The notes below the pieces were generated by a model. It did not search any database, was not told the DNA's origin, and was given only the letters and a program-made list of their open reading frames with translations. Source: Clostridia bacterium (GTDB taxonomy: Bacteria > Bacillota > DSM-521 > Neomoorellales > SLTJ01). Taken from it: 64,000 bases of DNA. The translations under genes were made by a program, and so were the position numbers. Position 1 is the first letter of the stretch, and every line of letters begins with the position of its first letter. Below, in pieces: positions 57,823-64,000 of this stretch. The stretch covers positions 7,417 to 71,416 of the forward strand of contig SLTJ01000037.1 of assembly GCA_004347685.1 (NCBI GenBank). Reading direction: 5' to 3'.

Positions 57823-59664
57823 ATGTGCGGTATTTCCGGCTGGATAGACTGGGAAGCAGACCTTACCCGTGAAGCGGACATTCTACAAGCCATGGCCGAA
57901 ACTCTGGCCGGCCGCGGCCCGGATGCGGCCGGGCTGTGGCTTTCCCGGAGTGCCGGGCTGGCCCACCGCCGGCTCATTGTCATTGACCCCGAAGGCGGAA
58001 GCCAGCCCATGGTCCGGCAGCGCGGTAACGAAACCTTTGTCCTGGTGTATAACGGCGAACTGTATAACACCGAGGAACTTCGGCAGGAACTAGTGGCACG
58101 TGGCTACAACTTTCTGGGCCATTCTGACACTGAGGTACTCCTGACAGCCTATATGGAGTGGGGGCCGGCTGCCGTGGAACGCCTGAACGGCATTTTCGCC
58201 TTTGCAGTCTGGGAAGAATCCGGTCAGCGCCTGTTTCTGGCCCGCGACCCCCTGGGAGTGAAGCCGCTGTTTTATTTCCACCGGGGTAATTCCTTCCTCT
58301 TCGCTTCTGAGATCAAAGCCCTCCTGGCCCACCCGGCCGTGAAGCCGGAAATCGGGGCCGAGGGTCTGGCCGAGGTTTTCGGCCTGGGCCCGGCCCGGAC
58401 GCCAGGTGGCGGAGTTTTCCGCGGGGTGGCCGAGCTGAAGCCGGGGCATTACCTGGTGGTGGAGCGCCGGGGCGTTCACAGCCAACGGTACTGGGGCCTC
58501 GACAGCCACCCCCATGAAGATGACCTGGAGGCCACCGCCGCGACGGTCCGGGAACTGGTGCAGGACGCTGTCAAGCGCCAGCTCGTTGCGGATGTACCCC
58601 TGTGTGTTCTGCTTTCCGGCGGGCTGGACTCCAGCGCCGTCGCCGCCGTGGCGGCCGGCGCTTTCCAGCAGCAGGGCCTGAGGCTCGCCACCTTTTCCGT
58701 GGACTATCACGATAACGACCGCTATTTCACGCCCAGCGACTTTCAACCCAATGCCGACGGCCCGTGGATAGAAATGATATCCCGGCACCTGGACACCGAC
58801 CACCATGCCGTGGCCCTGGATACCCCTGAACTGGTGACAGCCCTACGCGCCGCCATGCGCGCCCGGGACCTGCCGGGCATGGCCGACGTGGATTCTTCCC
58901 TCTACCTGTTTTGCCGCCAGGTAAAAGAGGGGGCCACCGTAGCCCTGGTGGGAGAGGCTGCCGACGAGGTTTTCGGCGGGTACCCGTGGTTCCGGCGCGC
59001 AGACGCCTTTAACGCTGACACCTTCCCCTGGGCCCTGAGCACACACTTGCGCGAGCAAGTTCTCTCCCCGGAACTGACCAGCTATGTCCGCCCGCGGGAG
59101 TATGTGGCCGACCGCTACCAGCAGGCCCTGGCCGAAGTGCCGCGCCTGCCGGGGGAAGAAGCACGCGCGGCCCGCCTGCGGGAAATTTCCTACTTGAGCC
59201 TCACCCGCTTTCTCCCGGTACTGCTGGAGCGGATGGACCGGATGAGCATGGCCGTGGGGCTGGAAATCCGGGTACCGTACTGCGACCCCCACCTGGTGCA
59301 GTATGTTTGGAACGTCCCCTGGGAGATAAAGACCTCTGGCGGCATGGTCAAGGGCCTCCTACGCCAGGCCCTGCACGGGCTGCTGCCAGAGCCGGTCCTG
59401 TACCGGCCCAAGAGCCCTTACCCCAAGACCCACAACCCCAGTTTCACGACCGCGGTCCGGCAGGGAATGGCGCAAATCCTGGCCGACCCTACTTCACCTT
59501 TACTGCCACTGATAAATACCGAATTCATCCGGCACCTGGCCGGCTCCGACCTTCAGGACATCAGCCTGCCCTGGTTCGGGCAATTGATGACCGGACCGCA
59601 GCTCTTCGCCTACCTGATGCAGATGGATGCGTGGCTGCGGCAATACAGGATAAGCATCTGCTGA
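57823..59664 (+). CDS. asnB: Asparagine synthase (glutamine-hydrolysing)
   Basis: Start MCGISGW (N-terminal Cys nucleophile) after GGAGGG. PP-loop LLSGGLDSS. Confidence 0.9.
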   Translation: MCGISGWIDWEADLTREADILQAMAETLAGRGPDAAGLWLSRSAGLAHRRLIVIDPEGGSQPMVRQRGNETFVLVYNGELYNTEELRQELVARGYNFLGHSDTEVLLTAYMEWGPAAVERLNGIFAFAVWEESGQRLFLARDPLGVKPLFYFHRGNSFLFASEIKALLAHPAVKPEIGAEGLAEVFGLGPARTPGGGVFRGVAELKPGHYLVVERRGVHSQRYWGLDSHPHEDDLEATAATVRELVQDAVKRQLVADVPLCVLLSGGLDSSAVAAVAAGAFQQQGLRLATFSVDYHDNDRYFTPSDFQPNADGPWIEMISRHLDTDHHAVALDTPELVTALRAAMRARDLPGMADVDSSLYLFCRQVKEGATVALVGEAADEVFGGYPWFRRADAFNADTFPWALSTHLREQVLSPELTSYVRPREYVADRYQQALAEVPRLPGEEARAARLREISYLSLTRFLPVLLERMDRMSMAVGLEIRVPYCDPHLVQYVWNVPWEIKTSGGMVKGLLRQALHGLLPEPVLYRPKSPYPKTHNPSFTTAVRQGMAQILADPTSPLLPLINTEFIRHLAGSDLQDISLPWFGQLMTGPQLFAYLMQMDAWLRQYRISIC

Positions 59665-59804
59665 ATTCAGCCCGGACCCCGGTGCTGCCACCGGCAGCGC
59701 CGACAGTGGAAAAGTCGGCATGAGGTGACTTTGGCAACCCTGAGTCCTGATGCATAGACTAACCTCGCTGTCCAAATCAATATCAATACCTACGGAGGCG
59801 AGGT

Positions 59805-60659
59805 TCAATAGGGCGTCGGGCCCGTAGCCGACCTGGTGACCCCAGGCGGCGGGCCCGGCCGCTTGACCACCCGCTCGACCACGCCGATGATCTGGTCAGC
59901 AGGCCCCAGGGGTATGTCCGGGTAGTCCCGGTAGGGATTGTTGGCCCGCAGCAGGGGGCGGCCTTTCTCGATTACGTAGTGTTTTACCGTAACTTCCTCG
60001 CCGCCCAGCAGGGCCACCACGGTCTCCCCCGGCTCCGCGGCCCGGGCCGCCTTAACCCAGACCAGGTCACCCGGGGCCATACCAGCGCCTACCATGCTGT
60101 CCCCTTCCACCCGCAAGGCATAGTCCGCCTCCACTTCCGGCAGTACCGCGGTGTACTCAGTGGCGTCTTCCACGGCCAGGCGGGGGCGACCGGCCGCAAT
60201 GGTGCCCAGCACCGGGACATTTTTCGCAGTGGGGATGGGTACGACAGCCAGCCTGGCCGCCGCCATCTGCTCACGTTTGCGGCGTTCAAGTTCTTCCCTG
60301 GCAGCGCTCAGGTTTTTCAGGAACGTTACCTGGCGGTCGAGTTCCTGGAGCCGCATGCGGGCCTTCCCCGCCTCGGCCCCGGTCAACCGGGCAGCTTCCC
60401 TGACCTCCTTCCGGTAACGCAGTTCAACTTCATCCAGTTTCCCCTTTAGCTCCCCGGCGGTTACGGCTGCCAAGACGATAAGCTCGTCCAGGTCAGTGGC
60501 AAATACGCGGCTCAAAACCAGGAGGTCTTCCAGGTCAGGCCGCCGCCGCCCCTGCTCCCAAGACTGGATGGTGGAGGGAGCCTTACCCAGGGCTTGACCC
60601 AGCGCCCGGTAGCTCATACCGGCGGCCAGGCGCTTGGCCTGGAGATACTGGCCCAACAC
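59805..60659 (-). CDS. XRE-type HTH / S24 (LexA-like) peptidase repressor with a central coiled coil
   Basis: HTH LAAGMSYRALGQALGKAPSTIQSWEQGRRRP. C-terminal S24 domain VPVLGTIAAGRP...RVEGDSMV...VTVKHY (Ser/Lys dyad context). GTG at 60659 after GGGAG is inferred; the ORF is open to 60764. Confidence 0.8.
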   Translation of the reverse strand: MLGQYLQAKRLAAGMSYRALGQALGKAPSTIQSWEQGRRRPDLEDLLVLSRVFATDLDELIVLAAVTAGELKGKLDEVELRYRKEVREAARLTGAEAGKARMRLQELDRQVTFLKNLSAAREELERRKREQMAAARLAVVPIPTAKNVPVLGTIAAGRPRLAVEDATEYTAVLPEVEADYALRVEGDSMVGAGMAPGDLVWVKAARAAEPGETVVALLGGEEVTVKHYVIEKGRPLLRANNPYRDYPDIPLGPADQIIGVVERVVKRPGPPPGVTRSATGPTPY

Positions 60660-60734
60660 GGTACTCCCGGTGTCTTTGCGAGTTACCAATTTATTCTGCC
60701 CCCAGTTGGGTAAAATATCCTGCTTGACTACTTT

Positions 60735-60749
60735 ACACCCAGGGTGTAC
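60735..60749. promoter_or_regulatory. 15-bp perfect palindrome TACACCC-A-GGGTGTA upstream of the repressor gene (candidate operator)
   Basis: Read directly. Lies inside the ORF-track N-terminal extension of the repressor ORF. Confidence 0.5.
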
Positions 60750-60825
60750 AATAACCTTTGCCAATTTAAAAATAGCGTAGCTTGAAATTCTAGCCTTATA
60801 TTCTCAATAGGAACCGCCTGAGCAT

Positions 60826-60839
60826 GCTATAATTATAGC
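60826..60839. promoter_or_regulatory. 14-bp perfect palindrome GCTATAATTATAGC containing a TATAAT -10 box (candidate operator/promoter of the dnaE2 cassette)
   Basis: Read directly, 35 nt upstream of the 60874 ORF. Confidence 0.5.
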
Positions 60840-60873
60840 TGTTATTACCGCCGGTGTAAATATCCCATGTAGG

Positions 60874-61401
60874 GTGATGTTCATGAACCAGGAGCGGCTG
60901 CAACAAGGTGTCAATCTGGACGGTGTCACCTCCAGCCAGGCAGTGCTGCAGGCCTGCCGCCGCCTGTCCGCTTCCCTAGCCGAAAAGATAATCTCCCGGG
61001 GCTTGGCTTGGCAGGAGATAACGGTAACCCTGGAGACGGAAACCGAGGTCGTGACCCGCACCAGGCGCCTGGCCCGGCACCAAAGCCCAGCCAACCTTTA
61101 CCTGCATGCGAGTTATCTCGTCAGGCAAATGAACATCCCCTCCCCAGTAACCGGCCTCACGCTTACTGTTACCGGCCTCACCCCGCCCCCGGCGGAGCAG
61201 CTCTCCCTCTTCGCTAACCGCCACCCGGGCCGGGAGCACAGGCTCCGCCAGGCGGTAGAGGAAGCAAACCGCCGCTACCCATGTTCCTTTATCCAGGCCG
61301 GGATACTGGAAGCCGACCGGCGGGAGAGGATGCTCTCCTTTTACGACCCACTGCGGCAGGGAGCGGATGCCTGTGCCCAAACGCATCCAGGTAAACTGTA
61401 A
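60874..61401 (+). CDS. Y-family DNA polymerase (ImuB/DinB-like) C-terminal little-finger-only protein
   Basis: 175 aa matching only the PAD/little-finger part (..ITVTLETETEVVTRTRRLARHQSP...LTLTVTGLTPPPAEQLSLF). No palm/fingers region, and only ~110 nt of upstream intergenic DNA. Confidence 0.6.
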   Translation: MMFMNQERLQQGVNLDGVTSSQAVLQACRRLSASLAEKIISRGLAWQEITVTLETETEVVTRTRRLARHQSPANLYLHASYLVRQMNIPSPVTGLTLTVTGLTPPPAEQLSLFANRHPGREHRLRQAVEEANRRYPCSFIQAGILEADRRERMLSFYDPLRQGADACAQTHPGKL

Positions 61402-61609
61402 TGACGGGGGCCCGCCCGGGTCCTTCCGGTGGCGGGGGAAAAAGTATGCGGTCGCGGCCGTACTTGAGCGGTGGCGGGACACCGGCCGCTGGTGGGAAGG
61501 GGAAGCCCCTAAGATATTCTTTCGCCTCCAGACGCCGGGCGGCGGCCTATGGGAGATTTACCTGGACACCGGGGAGGCGGCCTGGTACCTTTATAAAATC
61601 TACGACTGA
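61367..61609 (+). CDS. Small conserved protein commonly linked to imuB/dnaE2 cassettes (DUF6504-like)
   Basis: FRWRGKKYAVAAVLERWRDTGRWWEGEA..FFRLQT..GLWEIYLD pattern. Overlaps the previous ORF by 35 nt in another frame. Confidence 0.5.
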   Translation: MPVPKRIQVNCNDGGPPGSFRWRGKKYAVAAVLERWRDTGRWWEGEAPKIFFRLQTPGGGLWEIYLDTGEAAWYLYKIYD

Positions 61610-61629
61610 TTGATTGGGAGCGGTACCCC

Positions 61630-64000
61630 GTGAGCAGAGCAAGCTTTGTCCACCTCCACGCGCACTCTTACTTCTCCTTTCTAGACGGGGCCTGTTCCCC
61701 GGAGGATCTGGTGCAATCTGCGGCCCGGTATGACCTGCCTGCCGTAGCCCTCACCGACCACAATAATGTCAGCGGGGCGGTGCGCCTGGCCAAGGCCGCC
61801 CGGGAAGCCGGCATCAAGCCCATCCAGGGCGCGGAGGTGACGTGTGAGGGCGGCCACCATCTCACCCTGCTGGCCGCCGATCCCTGCGGCTACGCCAACC
61901 TCTGCCGCCTGCTGACCCGGGCCCACCTGGATAATCCCCGGCGTCAACCGCAGTGTACCTCTGCCGATCTCGAGGAACACCGCCAGGGGCTGCTGGCCCT
62001 GTCCGGCTGCCGCCGGGGGGAAATCCCTTCTTTAATCCTGCGCCGCCACTACCAGGAGGCCAGGGGGGTCGCGCTCCGGTACCGGAGCCTGTGGGGGGAG
62101 GATTTTTACCTGGAACTGCAGGGGATGCTCCTCCCCGGCGACCACCTGCTCAACAGCCGCCTGCTGGAACTGGGGGAGGCCCTGCATATCCCCGTGGTGG
62201 CTACCAACAATATCCATTACGTCGGGCGCCGGGATTTTCCCATGCATGACCTGCTCACCTGCATCCGCCTGGGCATCCCCCTGGAGGAAGTGCATCCGGA
62301 GCGGGCCTTGAACGACGAGAACTACCTCAAAGGCCCAGAAGAGATACAGGCTCTTTTTGCCGGGTGTCCCCCGGCCCTGCAGAATACCCTCGAAATTGCC
62401 GCGAGGTGCACCCCCGCCCTGGGCGGCACCCAAAAGCGCTACCCCCGGTATCCTGTACCGGAAGGTGAATCTGCTGACGCTCTCTTGCGCAGGCTCGTAT
62501 TCCAGGGAGCCCGGGAGCGTTACCCCCGCCTCACCCCGACCGTTAGGGAGAGGCTGAAAAAGGAGCTGGCGGTGATCGCCAGGCTGGGGTACGCGGACTA
62601 TTTCTTGGTGGTCTGGGACGTGGTGCGTTACGCCCGGGGGCATGGCATCCGCTGCGCGGGCCGCGGCTCAGCCGGGGCCAGTGCGGTGGCCTACTGCCTG
62701 TACCTCACCGAGGCAGACCCCATTTCCCGCCACCTGGTCTTCGAGCGCTTCCTCAGCCTGGAACGGGCGGAAAAGCCGGATATTGACATAGACTTTGATT
62801 CCCGCTACCGCGACCAGGTAGCCGCCTACGTATACGCGAAATACGGGGAGGAGCACGTGGCCGCAGTGGCCACCTACTCCACCTACCAGGCCCGTTCTGC
62901 TGTCCGGGACCTGGGGAAGGTGCTGGGGTACCCGCCAAAAGAGATTGACGCCTTGGCCAAAAGCCTGCCGCCCATCCCCGCGGATCACCTGCAGGAGGCC
63001 CTGGAGCGCTTCCCCGAACTGCGCCACGGTCCCTGGCGGGAGGAGAAATACCACCGCCTCTTTGACTTCTGCGCCCGCATCGCCGGTTTTCCCCGTTTCC
63101 TGGGCACCCACCTCGGCGGGCTGCTCATCTCCAGTGAGCCGGTAACGGACATTACCCCGCTGCAGATGGCCGCCAAGGGGGTGCGCACCGGCCAATTCGA
63201 CCGCGACGACATAGAAGACCTAAATCTGGTCAAGCTGGACCTGCTGTCACTGAAGGCCTTGAGCGTGCTGGAAGACGCCGCGGAGGGCATTGCGGCTAAG
63301 AAACCGAATTTTCGCTACGACCGGCTCCCCCTGAACGATGCGGCCACCTACCGGCTCCTTAACCGGGGGGAGACGATAGGCGTTTTCCAGTTGGAGAGCC
63401 CGGCCCAGCGGGCCCTGCAGGCCAGACTTAAAGCCGAAAATATCGAAGACGTGGTGGCCAGCCTGGCCCTCATCCGGCCCGGGCCCATCAAAGGGAACAT
63501 GGTGGACCCCTTCGTGGCCCGGCGGCAAGGCCGGGAGCCGGTAACCCACCTGCATCCCCGGCTGATTTCCATCCTGGGGAAAACCTACGGGGTGGTTCTT
63601 TTCCAGGAGCAGGTGATCGCGATTGCTACCGAACTGGCCGGTTTCACCCCTGGGGAGGCTGACCGGCTGCGGCGGCTGATGACCCACGCCCGCTCCCATA
63701 AAGAAATGCAGGAACTGGGGGAGGAGTTTGTCCGCCGGGCCAGGGGAAGGGGCGTAGGGGAGAAAACGGCCCGGGAGATCTTCGCCTGCCTGGAGGGGTA
63801 CGCCAGTTATGGTTTCTGTGAGGCCCACGCCGCGGCCTTTGCCACCACCACCTACTGGACGGCCTACCTTTCCGCTCATTATCCGGCGCATTTTTATGCG
63901 GCCCTGCTCAATAACCAACCCATGGGCTTTTATTCTCCGGCCACCCTGGCCAATGAGGCCCGCCGGCGCGGGATAAAGTTTCTACCGCCAGACGTTAACG
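61630..64000 (+). CDS. dnaE2: Error-prone DNA polymerase III alpha-type subunit DnaE2 (N-terminal ~790 aa, runs off the window end)
   Basis: GTG start, PHP domain FVHLHAHSYFSFLDGA, LTDHNNVSG, polymerase core GRGSAGASAVAYCL, PDIDIDF, FQLES. Not in the ORF track because the frame is open at the window end. Confidence 0.9.
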   Translation, partial: MSRASFVHLHAHSYFSFLDGACSPEDLVQSAARYDLPAVALTDHNNVSGAVRLAKAAREAGIKPIQGAEVTCEGGHHLTLLAADPCGYANLCRLLTRAHLDNPRRQPQCTSADLEEHRQGLLALSGCRRGEIPSLILRRHYQEARGVALRYRSLWGEDFYLELQGMLLPGDHLLNSRLLELGEALHIPVVATNNIHYVGRRDFPMHDLLTCIRLGIPLEEVHPERALNDENYLKGPEEIQALFAGCPPALQNTLEIAARCTPALGGTQKRYPRYPVPEGESADALLRRLVFQGARERYPRLTPTVRERLKKELAVIARLGYADYFLVVWDVVRYARGHGIRCAGRGSAGASAVAYCLYLTEADPISRHLVFERFLSLERAEKPDIDIDFDSRYRDQVAAYVYAKYGEEHVAAVATYSTYQARSAVRDLGKVLGYPPKEIDALAKSLPPIPADHLQEALERFPELRHGPWREEKYHRLFDFCARIAGFPRFLGTHLGGLLISSEPVTDITPLQMAAKGVRTGQFDRDDIEDLNLVKLDLLSLKALSVLEDAAEGIAAKKPNFRYDRLPLNDAATYRLLNRGETIGVFQLESPAQRALQARLKAENIEDVVASLALIRPGPIKGNMVDPFVARRQGREPVTHLHPRLISILGKTYGVVLFQEQVIAIATELAGFTPGEADRLRRLMTHARSHKEMQELGEEFVRRARGRGVGEKTAREIFACLEGYASYGFCEAHAAAFATTTYWTAYLSAHYPAHFYAALLNNQPMGFYSPATLANEARRRGIKFLPPDVN

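Noticed and set aside
60765-60873. Canonical Firmicute SOS (Cheo) box GAAC-N4-GTTC
   Set aside because: Only GTTC-AT-GAAC (half-sites in the opposite order) overlaps the 60874 start. The two perfect palindromes are better operator candidates for the non-canonical XRE-S24 repressor.

Overview
High-GC (roughly 58-60%) chromosomal window. It looks like a spore-forming Clostridia-type Firmicute: PyrR attenuators, CotF-like coat proteins, YutG/PgpA, CcdA, strong GGAGG ribosome-binding sites and many GTG/TTG starts. This taxonomic guess is inference only. Most genes lie on the minus strand. Layout: (1) pyrR-pyrB-pyrC-carB with two PyrR attenuators and no carA at 1-5.5 kb. (2) A patch of gene fragments at 5.5-8.5 kb: an internal enolase fragment, a truncated dynamin-like GTPase, opposite-strand halves of a small Cys-motif gene, and a radical SAM gene whose cluster-binding N-terminus has decayed. 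(3) An ABC-2 exporter whose ATPase and permease are separated by adenine deaminase and a Uma2 nuclease. (4) Housekeeping genes: GH13, PAP2, RidA, Crp/Fnr, NadE, GS-I. (5) A glutaredoxin with an in-frame TGA at the first Cys of CPYC, read here as a selenoprotein and missed by the ORF track. (6) A radical SAM gene flanked by two LPG-synthase-TM paralogs. (7) A secreted nine-heme cytochrome c. (8) A tRNA Asp-Phe-Gly-Cys cluster followed by a lower-GC islet with a DUF4258/DUF2283 toxin-antitoxin pair and a PD-(D/E)XK-like protein; the toxin gene contains a (CTGG)6 slippage tract. (9) An RND-MFP-TolC-TetR efflux locus. (10) A nitrogen-assimilation supercluster at 45-59.7 kb. It holds a split archaeal-type glutamate synthase operon with dihydrolipoyl dehydrogenase, a free lipoyl-domain protein and an HdrB/HdrC-like fusion embedded in it. 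It also holds a second GS-I, a GltB-like FMN protein, two ANTAR regulators with pseudo-receiver domains, queF and asnB. (11) An XRE-S24 repressor divergent from a truncated Y-family polymerase / small protein / dnaE2 cassette. Four leaders, one of them 30 kb away at glnA-1, share a GGGCAAYGGCGUCC hexaloop hairpin that overlaps an intrinsic terminator, which suggests one ANTAR antitermination regulon. My top candidate for an undescribed system is the Lpd / lipoyl-carrier / Hdr-like module inside the GOGAT operon. All calls come from reading the translations and sequence by eye; no database search was run.
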